A stretch of DNA of 64,000 nt from Eledone cirrhosa (Eukaryota), in NCBI GenBank assembly GCA_964016885.1, contig OZ024762.1:15128001-15192000 (forward strand), in the 5' to 3' direction. Position numbers and translations under genes: made by a program. A model generated the notes under the pieces. It did not search any database. It saw only the letters and a list, made by a program, of their open reading frames with translations, and had not been told where the DNA came from. Shown here piece by piece: positions 38,243 through 51,257 of this stretch. Within the stretch, counting starts at the first letter, position 1, and every line of letters begins with the position of its first letter.

Positions 38243-39550
38243 TTCGATACTGTTGTTTTCAATACCGTTATTGTTGTTGAACTCACGCTGTCCTTTAAAA
38301 ACTTAATTACCTTAAGTAGTTCGACAATATTCCTCAGTTGTCTGCCCTTTACATGTTCTTAGTTTCTGTTTTCACAAAATTTCGCAGATCAAATTACAAA
38401 AGACAGAAGTAAAGCATCCTTTAAGTAGTCGCCCGACATGCTATGCTAAAAATAGCAGCCAAAATTCTTTTTCTACTTGATTTTTCCCCCTTTCCGTGTT
38501 TAATTGTTTAAAAAAAAATGAGATTTATTATGGAAAATTCAAGGTTATGAAAACGGAAAAGGAAGAGAAGGGCTCTAGGGTCACAGAAGAATGGGGAAAG
38601 TGATGGGCATTAGGCCTAGGGTGCAGAGGCCTATGGTGCAAAAGCATTCCCGCGGAATGACCAGTGACACCTGCTACAACAGCCACCCCACCTCGCGGGC
38701 TCCTTCTTCAGACGGGTCGCCGACGTCCCGATCTTGCAGATGAGCTAGGCAGTACGGGGTCCAAGTACACCTGAGGTCACGACGGCGACCGGTGTGACGA
38801 GGAAGCGGCCTGACAATCCACGGTATTTGTTTATCTTCCTTTCACAGCATTGCAGGCTGCAGTACTGGGGTTCGTGGCCGAAGTTGATGGCGGAGAACGT
38901 GTCACACATGTGGTGCCCCTGGTGAGGGCTCTACCACACTGTTTGTGTGAACGTACGTGTGTTTGTGATGGAATGGTGCCCTGTCCAGTGGGTGAGGCGG
39001 TGTGGGGGTGAGGTGAGTCGTATTATCAGTTGCTTAACGAGCATTCGTCGTCGGATACGACTAAGGTTCAACAAACACACTTACACACACATATATATAT
39101 ATATATATATACGCACACAAACACACACACATATATATGTGTGTGTGATAGATCCACCATCATAGATGTTTTTTTAGCTAAAAGGTAAAGAATCTTCGAT
39201 CGAAACGGCCAATTCATCAAGGTGTATTATTTTGCTGTTACACCGCCGGACAACATGGCTTCAGCCCTGATCCTTATTAACGCGATTCTTTCTAATGAGA
39301 AATACAAACCTTTTCTTTCCCTAATTAAATCATTCAGGAATGGTGTAGTGTAAGTGAGCCGTCTTTCATAATATATCTTGTTTTTTTTTTCTCGTATTAT
39401 TGACAACAGATCTCGAAATATGAAAAATGATCATTTCGCAAGCACCGCTCGTATATAAATATCAATACACACACATATATATATATAAGTATATACACCG
39501 GCACATACACACATATATATATATATATATAGTGGCGCACGCACACACAC

Positions 39551-39591
<41 letters not shown>

Positions 39592-39939
39592 CGTTTAAAT
39601 CGAATCCAGTGCGTTATTGGTACTTTATTTTATCGATCCCGTGTAGCATTTGAACTCAGAACAAAAATAGCTGTAACTATAAACCGCCAGTGTATATATA
39701 TAATATATAGAATGTGTATTGATATATATTTTTTTGTTCTGAGTTCAAATCACCCACGAGATCGATAAAATAAAGTACCAATAACGCACTGGATTCGATT
39801 TAATCCGATTTTCCCTTCTCCTTAAATTGTTGGCCTTGTGCCTCAATCCGAAATGATTATTAACATCAATACAGGACGTTAAGAGTTCAATACACGACCA
39901 TGCCTGCACCTGTATATATTTGCTATGATCTGTAACACC

Positions 39940-41262
39940 TGATTGTGTTGTAAGAGAGGTGAGGAGGAACAGGCCAGGAGCTTGGAACTGGGTGACGCAG
40001 CTAAATTAGAAGGGACAGGCCAGTTGGTCATGCCAAACCCCTCTCACAGCAGAGACATAGTTTGGGAACTGCAACCACGTTTAGAGCCCGATACTGGATG
40101 TCACCGCTATGGGGAGGGACCGGCCAGTTGGCCACGCTGAGTCCTTACACCGGGACTACTGTTCAGGTGCTGTAACCACATTGCATTGTGGAACAGGATG
40201 GCACCACTATAAGCAGAGACAGGGCAGTTAGCCGTGCCAAACCCTTCACACAGTGGGACCACATGGCACTGTTATAAGGAGGAGCTGACCAGTGGGTGGC
40301 ACTGCTATGAGGAGGAACAAGCCAGATGGCAGCGCCGAACATCTCTAACAGCATAACCAAAGACCAGAGCCTGGAACTGGATGGCCCCTTAATTTTGGAG
40401 CTGGGTACTGCTACGAGGAGGGACAGGCCAGTTGGCTGCCGTAACCACACCACTGCACTCAGCATTTGATCCCTCTTATGCTTAGTTTCGCATAGAATAT
40501 ACATATATAAATATGTCTGTATATGTGTATATATAGTATACACTCATATATAAATGTGTGTATATATATACATATCTAGAGGCCCGCACTGATCATGGGT
40601 TTGCACCAAGCCAGGAAAAGTTTGTCACCCATGCATACCATGTGGAGAGAGTGATTGGGAGGACTGAGGAGGTATGGGTACTTCACCACTGCAGTGGCAG
40701 AAGCAAGTGAGGCCCTGGTGCCGAGGAAGGACAGCAGCACTGCAGACCCAAAAGTGTGTACAGCCAGAAAACACCTGAGAGCTGCCAAGGACCAATTCCA
40801 TGCTGATCCTATGGAGATGAGAAATGAAGTACTCTGTATCGCATACACTGAGGCCAGAGAGGAGAAGATCAGGAGTGTAGGGACAGTGGTGGACAGGTGT
40901 AAAGAGAGCTGGATGATCATCAACAAGAACACAGGGAGGAAGAGAGGGAATTTGAGTTAGATCTGGGGATAGGCAGAGGCTGGACCATTTTAAGACCCTA
41001 CTAGGAGAGCCACCTTTCACAGCCCAGAATATCATGGAGATCAGACAGCTGTTTGAGGAACTGGATATTGAGACAGGACCCTTCGCCAGAGAGCTAAGAA
41101 GATCAAGGCCCATGGAGTCGCGTGAGAGGTGTGATTTTGATGATATCAAAGTTGCCCTTGACCAGTAACATCATCCCAGTGCCAAAGAAGGGAGATCTCT
41201 TTGACACCAATAACTACAGGGGAATCTCAAGGCAAAGACCCTCAAGAGGATCTGGCCTGAGA
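39940..41262. mobile_element. Scrambled, degraded LINE fragments
   Basis: GC-richer block; IIPVPKKGDLFDTNNYRGIS (RT N-terminal motif) at ~41170-41230 on +. Confidence 0.55.
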
Positions 41263-43175
41263 TGTATATATATATATATATAAGAATTTTCTGCACTATC
41301 GCCATATATTGTTTTCTTTATTTAAGTGTTGTTTGCACCACCTTAACCCATAAACTTTGGTGTAAGCAGTATTAAGCACTCTATGTATCCAACAGTCATA
41401 TAGAGTTGCTTATAACACAATGAAGTATCGGTATATATATAACAGTGTGTTGTAGTTTAAATATAAATTTAAAAGCCATACAATGCATTGAACAATTAAA
41501 GGTGCCAAGATAGCGATAGAATTTTACTGTGGTTATCCCAAATATTTTCAGGTTTAAAAACCCATTATCAAGAGATGATATATGTGGAGGTCTCTGACTG
41601 ATCCTTTAATTTTTCAATGCATTGTATGGCTTTTAAACATATATAGTTTGTCCCTTTCATTACACCAAATACCTTAGGGAAAAAAAAGCAGAAGTAAGTT
41701 TATATATGTAGGGACAGTGACTAGAAAAGACTGTATATGTAGCTCTATTTATGTGCATATAAATGTGTCTAGAGAAGAGGTATATACAAATGTAGATTTA
41801 TCTGTGTCTAAAGAAGATTTTGTTTTGTTTATTAGACAAAGTATGTAACAGTTGTGGATAGCATATTTTGCGGTATTCATTTGAAATCCCACCGAGGTCA
41901 ACCATAAAACTACTGGGAGTCGATTTTTCTTCTATATCTCTTTCTCACTTCCATTCTTCTCTGGAAGAAATCTGCTGTATTCAGAAACTAGAGAGGAGAT
42001 GGATTCTGCCAGGTTTTAAAAAATGCACTAGATACATCATATGTCAATGCAGCAACCCTACAGCTTGGAAGTTCTGCATGCCTGTATTTAAAAACACCTT
42101 ATTTCACGTTGCTACAGAGTTCATCCTGAAACAGACGGGCGTCCTATCCAGGGAGAGTCTTGTACTTTCAGACACCTATATATGATACTAAATTAAGGTT
42201 TAATCAACTGACATATTGATACTAATTTCTAAGATCGATGGTTTGCATATGTAACATAAACTTTACTATCTTGAAGTAAATATACTTATATATATTTATT
42301 AAATACTAGTAGTGTCTCAATTGATATATATCGTTTAAACTTGTTATATATATAGAAACGGAATGAAAGTGAGGTAACACGGGCGTGAAAAAGTAATTTG
42401 TTTCTGAAAATATTTCGGAGACGAAGTATAATATTGATAATCATTCGGTAGAGATCTCAACTCTCACTATACGAAATATATTCAGAAAGAGATATTTCTC
42501 CACGCCCTCAGTTATCTCGTCTTCATTCCGTTTATATATATATATTTTTTAAATAGATAAAATTCTACCTATAAGTATGACTAATTACTCAGTAGAATTG
42601 CGCTCTTGCGTGGCGCTGCAGTAACGTTTCGGGCTTCGCTGTCGTACTTCGGTATGGCATGGCCATTCTATTAATTGTTCTGAAAAGATGCATCAGTCTT
42701 CTCCTCTATGGAGCAGAAACGTGGCCCCTCACAAAGACGATTGACAGCGGAGCCCTGAGGACCATCTAAAACATCAGCCCACGGCCTTACTCTCGTTCGA
42801 CGCAGTAGCACCTGGCCGGCTCTACCCATGATGATGCCGGTCTATTCTAACAAGAATAGATGTACAAAATACTCGAATGTAAGGTGACCCCCCTTCCTAT
42901 CTTATGTCTGAGAAGTGGGCAAAAATCCGAAGCTTATTTACGTAGAATTTGAAGTTGGCGAAAATGGTCAAACTATTGACTCCCTATATAAGTCAACCCG
43001 TTTCTACATATTCCGTTATATATGTACAAAATACTAGCAGTTCCTTAATGGCTATATGTCCTGTTATATTTATATAGAGAGAAACGGAAAGAAAGCGAGA
43101 TAACACTCGGAATATGTCGTGTTATCTCGCTTTCTTTCCGTTTCTTTTTTTTTTAAAAAGAAAGAAAACTTTAGC

Positions 43176-43370
43176 TATAAGTATGACTATTTGACTCTGT
43201 AGAATTGCGGCTTGTGCGTGGCGCTGCACGTAGCGTTTCTGGCTTCGCTGTCGTACTTCGGTATGGCTGACCACTCGATCGTGTCTGAAGTTCGAATCGT
43301 TGCGGGGGTCGGCCGGGACCACAGCAGGCTGGCTTTATGCTGGCCTGCTCTCCCCCTCGCATGAGTTTTT
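43176..43370 (+). ncRNA. Candidate structured ncRNA cassette (unidentified)
   Basis: TATAAGTA, three hairpins containing G-U pairs (one with a cUUCGg loop), GTTCGAATC, and terminal TTTTT; copies at 42570-42665 and 53695-53890 (-). Confidence 0.35.
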
Positions 43371-43432
43371 GCCAAAAAACTTGATGAGAGTTATCTCCCC
43401 TTGATTTGAATTATTTGCCCTTTGTTGAGATT

Positions 43433-43448
43433 GAACTACTTCCGGTTT
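43433..43448 (+). promoter_or_regulatory. ETS-type core promoter motif (GAACTACTTCCGGTTT)
   Basis: ACTTCCGG (CCGGAAGT on -), retained in the opposite arm at ~53618-53632; upstream of an AG|GTATGT donor at 43561. Confidence 0.35.
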
Positions 43449-46400
43449 GTGGAACTCTTCTTCCTTTGTTGACATTTCTTTTCAGTGTATTGAAGACGTA
43501 ACATCATTCTATTTACTCTGGGACTATTACTGATATTAGGATATTACGTTTTTGTAAAGAGGTATGTAAAGTCTTATTTGCCGTATATACACACTCACAG
43601 ATATTATTGAGACACAAAAATACATACATTGTCGTAATGTTTTAGTTGCCATGTCTTTTAAATTTATTCTAAACACTCTTCACAGAACTAAACCTCCTTC
43701 CGAGAAACAAACAAAATAATATATATACACGTAGCTACCTCTTCTAACTAAACATACATGTTACTTTCCTCTATCATGAAGCATCTGTAAGTAAATATAA
43801 CGAAGCCTACTCTCTATACACATTTTATTATCTTATAAACCTTATACTATACCATCGTAATTTCTACGTCCAGTTACCTCGGCATCACCACTCTCTCTTG
43901 CACACTTCATATACCTTTTTAACAACTATATATTTATATTATAATCGTATCTCTATTACATATACACCTTCTCTGTATATACTTACCTAGAAGAAAGGTA
44001 TATACCCTCATCATACACAGCTATATAAGAAACTGTAGTATATAGAATACAGACGATCTCTCTATACATAAACACACTTACTTCGAAGTATTGTATATAT
44101 ATGCAGCATCTACATACACACAAGGCAAAGTTAAAACCCTATTCTCTACTATTTTTCAAGAGGATACTTACATAAAACTCTGGATATTTTATCAAGGCAT
44201 CTATTTTCTGTATGTAGAAGACATTTTATAGAATACACTCCCTTGTTATATAAATATTGTACACACGTGTGTATATAATACACTTCTATATATATAGAAA
44301 CTTACTACTAGATATTGTGTGTACACAGCAAAGAATCTACTTTTTGTATGTAGAGGCTCCTCTGTAACATCTATAAGGCTTATATTTACTATCCTTCTCT
44401 ATGAAAACCCCATATATACAGTAATACCTTATCTAGAGGCATATAAGAAACTATTTCACAGCTCACTCTCCTAAGAAACTAAACTGTTCATGACAAAAAG
44501 GTTTAATTTCTGCCTCTAGAAAATTATTGGTGTTAGAGCTGTGTAATCTGGATTGTTTTTATTAATACCTTCTGTTTCTTTCCAGGTATGTTGAAGATCT
44601 CCGCCAGCTCAACTGAGTGTGTAAATACACACAGTCGTCTCAAGAAATAAAATAACTCCAACAACAAAATGTAGTTTATTTATTGATCTTTATTTCACTT
44701 AAAAGTAAGTATATTCTATAGAACATTGTTTTTTATTATATATATACACAGGTAGATCGTTTAACTTCCATTCATATTATATGTATTTAGATACTGTATA
44801 TATATAGGAATCAACAGCTGTGTATACACAGTACTCTTCTGTGTATATAACTAGTGGATTGTTAAACTTCATAGTAAAACACATGCCTAGAGATAAAAAG
44901 GTATTAACATGCAAGAGAATTCAGTTTCTTATATACAGAGAGTACGTTTTCTTTCTAGAGGAGAACAAAGTAGTATTAATGTAATTAGTGAGAAACATCC
45001 CTCTTGAAAGAAGTGTATATATAGAATAGATTAATTAATGTCTGTGTATATATAATACAGTAATCCCAGCAAGTTTATTTCTTTCTGTGTATATAGGTAT
45101 TCTATATATCTCCCATACTTACCAGTAAGTATATTAATAATGAAGTTTCATATTATAAACGTTTATATATATACAGTATTCTAGTAAGTTTATTTCCTTC
45201 TGTATATAGAATAAATTCGTATTCTATATCTCTCCCAGTATGTATATAGGAATAGAAGTATGAATTCAGTTCGAAACATCTTTCATGAAAGAAATGTATA
45301 TATAATGCAGTATTCTAGTGAGGCCATTTCTTTCTGTATGTATACATATGCCTAGAGACAGAAGGGTGTTAATATGTATGGATTTTATAGAAGTAAGTGT
45401 ATATATATATACACAGGGTTTTAAAGTAATAGTATCCTATAGAATACACATACTTATCTCTGTCTAGTGAAGAAAGTTGAACTCCTTAGCTATATTTATG
45501 TATATATATATACATATGCATGTATATATACATACATATGTATGTATATATATAAACATATGTCTAGTGTGTGTGTGTACATACAGGGAATAAATAATAA
45601 AGCAACAAAGAAAAATACTGGTTTATTCTTTTATTTCACAATTTATTTACCTTTCTTCTTGAAATAGGGATGTAGTTGTCTCCAGGTCTGGTGCTGTTCC
45701 TTAGGAATAAAAAATAGGTTAGTTGTGTATATATAAAGGTTTAGTTTTGTATCTAGTGAAGAACGTTTATATATGGATGATGTATTGAAGTTGTAACATC
45801 ATTCTATTTACTCTGGGACTATGAACGATATCTGTTTGGATTTTACGTTCGTGTAAAGAGGTATGTAAAGTTTTATTTGCCGTATATACACACACATTAT
45901 TGAGACACAAAAGTAAGTAGCCATGTCTTTTAAAGAAACAAAACTAAATATATACATGCAGCTACCTCTTATAACTAAACATACATGTTACCCTCCTCTA
46001 TTATGAAACAAAAGTAACCATGATCTGTATATATACACACCTCTTCTAACATGTTACAACTAAATCTTCTCTCGATACTATATACATACTTGTAAGGAAA
46101 TATAACCAAGCTTCCTCTCTATACACATTTTATCTTCTGTATATAAACCTTATACCTGAATACACACAGATATTCTATATACAAGAAGACACTTTTTCAC
46201 GTAAATACACAAACACTTCAGGCATATTTATGTATTAGCCGTAAATTTATTCTAAACCATGTAGAGGAAGAATCCTGTTGACATACGTACACATGAAGCT
46301 ATATTCATATATAAACGGTCTCCCTTCTATCATAACAGATACTTATGAGGCGCAATATACAAACTTGTTCATACTGGAATAATAGACATGAAACTAAAGC

Positions 46401-47477
46401 TTCTCTAGACATATGAATATAGAAGCTAAACCATACAGTTATATTTTATATCTAACGAAGCATGGTAGCTCCATTACTCTGCCGTAAGACTCCTTACTAC
46501 TACTTCTAGCATCCTCACCTGCTTGATAGCTACATCATCCATATATAAACGTTCGTCACTAGATACAAAACTAAACCTTTATATATACACAACTAACCTA
46601 TTTTATATTCCTAAGGAACAGCACCAGACCTGGAGACAACTACATCCCTATTTCAAGAAGAAAGGTAAATAAATTGTGAAATAAAAGAATAAACCAGTAT
46701 TTTCCTTTGTTGCCTTATTATTTACTCCCTGTATATATACACACCTCTTACACTGTAGGAAGACAAAAACCTTCTGTCACTGTATACTAGATTCATATTA
46801 TATAAATTATTTCCTAGATACACACCTATTAGAAACAAGCCATCTCTATATACAGGTAAATAACATCAATGTAGACATGTCTGTATATTAGAAACTGTAT
46901 TCTATAGAATATATCTAAACCCGCATTGTGTGTGTCTCTTTATATTATACACGTGTATGTAGAAACCTGGAAGTGAACATCATACATATATATATCAATA
47001 CATCCTCGCTAGATACTACACATACGTCTCTTAGGAAACTAATACTATTGTTCTTCTAGTTGTGTATAAGCATCTCATAGTAGAACGTGTACATGCTTCC
47101 TAAGAAGCAAGAGAGCTAACTGTATAAATACAAAGAAATTTAGTGTTCTTTACATACACACATATATAGAAAAACTGTATTCAATATGACACAAAGCTTA
47201 CTTCATGTCTATAATATACCTTCTTCTCTATATTGGAAGAAGTACCTCCATTATATATTGGAGTTGAGGACAGTATGTAGAACCATATGTGCACAGATAC
47301 CCTGTTCTCCTCTAGTCAGGCATACTCACCATATAAACACTTTCGTGTATATAAAGCATATCTTCATTGTAAATTTAGAAGTTACACTACACAGGTATAA
47401 AAATATAAACCTACAAACATTAATACCCTTATATCTCTAGACTACTGTATTATATAAATATAGCTAAGGAATTAAAC

Positions 47478-49950
47478 ATGTATGTATATACATACGTATA
47501 TATAGATACATATGTATGTATATACATACATATGTATGTATGTATATATATATGTATGTATATATATACATACGTATGTATATATATATGTACGTATATA
47601 TATATACATACGTGTGTATATATACATACGTGTGTATATATACATACATATGTATATATACACACGTATGTATATATATATACGTACATATATATACATA
47701 CGTATGTATATATACGTACATATATATACATACGTATGTATATATATATATACGTACATATGTATATATATACACATACGTATGTATGCATACATACGTA
47801 TGTGTGTATACATACGTATGTATGTATGCATACATACGTATGTGTGTATACATACGTATGTATATATACATACATAGGTATGTATGCATACGTACGTATA
47901 TATATATATACGTATGTATATATACATACGTATGTATATATACATATACGTATGTATGCATACATATGTATATATACATACATATGTATATACACATACG
48001 TACGTATGTGTATATATATATATACATACGTATGTATATATATATATACATACATACGTATGTGTATATACATATATATATACATACGTATGTGTATATA
48101 CATACGTATGTATATATACGTATGTATGTATATATATACATACGTATGTATATATATACACATACGTATGTATACATACATACGTATGTATATATATATA
48201 TACGTACGTATGTATGTATACATACATACGTATGTATATATACATATGTATGTATACATACGTATGTATATATACGTATGTATGTATACATACATACCTA
48301 TGTATACATACATAAGTATGTATATATACATATGTGTACATACATACGTATGTATACATACATACGTATGTATGCATGCATACGTATGTGTATATACATA
48401 TGAATGTATACATACATATGTATGTATACATACATATGTACGTATATATATACATACATATGTATATATACATACGTATGTATGTATATATATACACATA
48501 CGTATGTATGCATACATACGTATGTATATATATATATACATACGTATGTATGTATACATACATGTATGTATATATACATACGTATGTATGTATGTATATA
48601 TACATACATATGTATATATACATACATGTATGTATATATACATACGTATGTATGTATGCATACATATGTATATACACATACGTACGTATGTGTATATATA
48701 TATATATACATATGTATGTATATATATATATATACATACGTATGTGTATATATACATACGTATGTATATATATACACATACGTATGTATATATACATACA
48801 TACGTATGTATACATATACATACGTATGTATATATACATACGTATGTATACATACGTATGTATATATACATACATATGTGTATACACATACGTGTATATA
48901 TATATATACATACATACGTATGTATACATACATATGTATGCATACATACGTATGTGTATATACATACATATGTATATCTACGTACGTATGTATATATACA
49001 TATGTATATATATATACATACGTATGTATGTATATATATACATACGTATGTATATATACATACATATGTATGTATATATACATACGTATGTATGTATATA
49101 TATATATACATACACACGTATGTATGCATACATACGTATGTACGTATACATACATATGTATGTATATATACATACGTATGTATATATACATACGTATGTA
49201 TATGCATACATACGTATGTATGCATACATACGTATGTATGTATACATACATATGTATGTATACATACATATGTATATATACATACGTATGTATATATATA
49301 CATATGTATGTATATATATACATACGTATGTATATATATACATACGTATGTATGTATACATACGTATGTATATATATACATACGTACGTATGTATATATA
49401 CATACGTATGTATATATATATACATACATATGTATGTATGTATATATATATATACATACATATGTATGTATGCATACATACGTATGTATGCATACATACA
49501 TATGTATGTATACATACATATGTATGTATACATACATATGTATATATACATACGTATGTATATATATACATATGTATGTATATATATATACGTATGTATA
49601 TATATACATACGTATGTATGTATACATACATACGTATGTATATATACATACGTATGTGTATATACATATACATACGTATGTATATATACATACGTATATA
49701 TATATATACATACATACATATGTATGCATACGTACGTATACATACATATGTATATATACATACGTATGTATACATACATACATATGTATATATACATACA
49801 CATGTATGTATATATACATACACATGTATGTATATACACATACATACTTATGTATATATATACATATGTATGTATATATACATATGGACATATGTATGTC
49901 TATATAGATATATACATATGTCTATATATATATACATACATATGTATATA
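47478..49950. repeat. 2.5-kb alternating purine-pyrimidine compound microsatellite (TA/CA/TG/TACG)
   Basis: Direct inspection; source of the spurious 500-800 aa ORFs. Confidence 0.95.
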
Positions 49951-51257
49951 GCTAAGGAGTTGAACTTTTTTCTCTAGATAGAGATAAGTATGCGTATTCT
50001 ATAGGATACTATTACCTTAAAACCATGTGTGTATATATACACTTACTTCTATAGAAACCATACATATTAACACCCTTCTATCTCTAGGCATATGTATACA
50101 TACAGAAAGAAATGGCCTCACTATAATACTGCATTATATACATTACTTTCATGAAAGATGTTTCGAACTGAATGCATACTTCTATTCCTATATACATACT
50201 GGGAGAGATATAGAATACAAATTTATTCTATATACAGAAGGAAATAAACTTACTAGAATACTGTATATATACACATTATAAACGTTTATAATATGAAACT
50301 TCTTTATTAATACCTCTATACCTATATACTTACTGGTAAGTATGAGAGAGATATAGATATTATAACCTCTTACAGGAGATATAGAATACCTATATACACA
50401 GAAAGAAATAAACTTGCTAGGATTACTGTATTATATATATATATATATATACAGTTTCCATTCTCAAAGAAACTTTTCTATAGCACCACACTTACTTCTT
50501 TCAGTAAGAAGGATGTTTCTTACTGAGATTCTATAGTGTACATATACATTAATTAATCTATTCTATATATACTTCTTTCAAGAAGGATGTTTCTCACCAA
50601 TTACATAATAATTGAATTCTCTCGCATGTTAATACCTTTTTATCTCTAGGCATGTGTTTAACAATCCACTAGTTATATATACACAGCTGTTAATTCCTAT
50701 ATATTTAATATGAATGAAAGTATGTAAGATACTACCTGTGTATATATATAAGAAACGAAAATGTGAAATAAAGATCAATAAATAAACTACATTTTGTTGT
50801 TGGAGTTATTTTATTTCTTGAGACGACTGTGTGTATTTAGACACTAAGTTGAGCTGGCGGAGATCTTCAACATACCTGGAAAGAAGCAGAGGGTATTAAT
50901 AAAAACAATCCAGATTACACAGCTCTAACACCAATACTTTTCTAGAGGCAGAAATTAAACCTCTTTATCATGAACAGTTTAGTTTCTTAAGAGAGTGGGT
51001 ATAGGGATGTGAAATACAGTTTCTTATATGCCTCTAGATAAGGTATTACTGTATATATGGGTTTTTTTTTTAATTATAGAGAAGGATAGTAGATATAAGC
51101 CTTCTAGATGTTACAGAGGAGTCTCTACATACAAAAAGTAGATTCTTTGCTGTGTACACACAATATCTAGTAGTAAGTTTCTATATATATATAGAAGTGT
51201 ATTATATACACACATGTGTACAATATTTATATAACAAGGGAGTGTATTCTATAAAAA

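Noticed and set aside
38250-38310. Possible small 5' UTR intron of DCXR
   Set aside because: A donor-like GTAAT is present but the acceptor lacks a pyrimidine tract; unsupported.
43200-43370. Assignment of the GC cassette to vault RNA, 5S rRNA or tRNA-Arg
   Set aside because: Only short motif resemblances (GGCTGGCTTTA, GTACTT..ATGG..GACC, GTTCGAATC) in the wrong order or spacing; left unnamed.
47450-49977. ORFs of 500-813 aa on both strands
   Set aside because: Translation of an alternating purine-pyrimidine microsatellite, which cannot contain stop codons; Y/I/H/T/V/C/M only.
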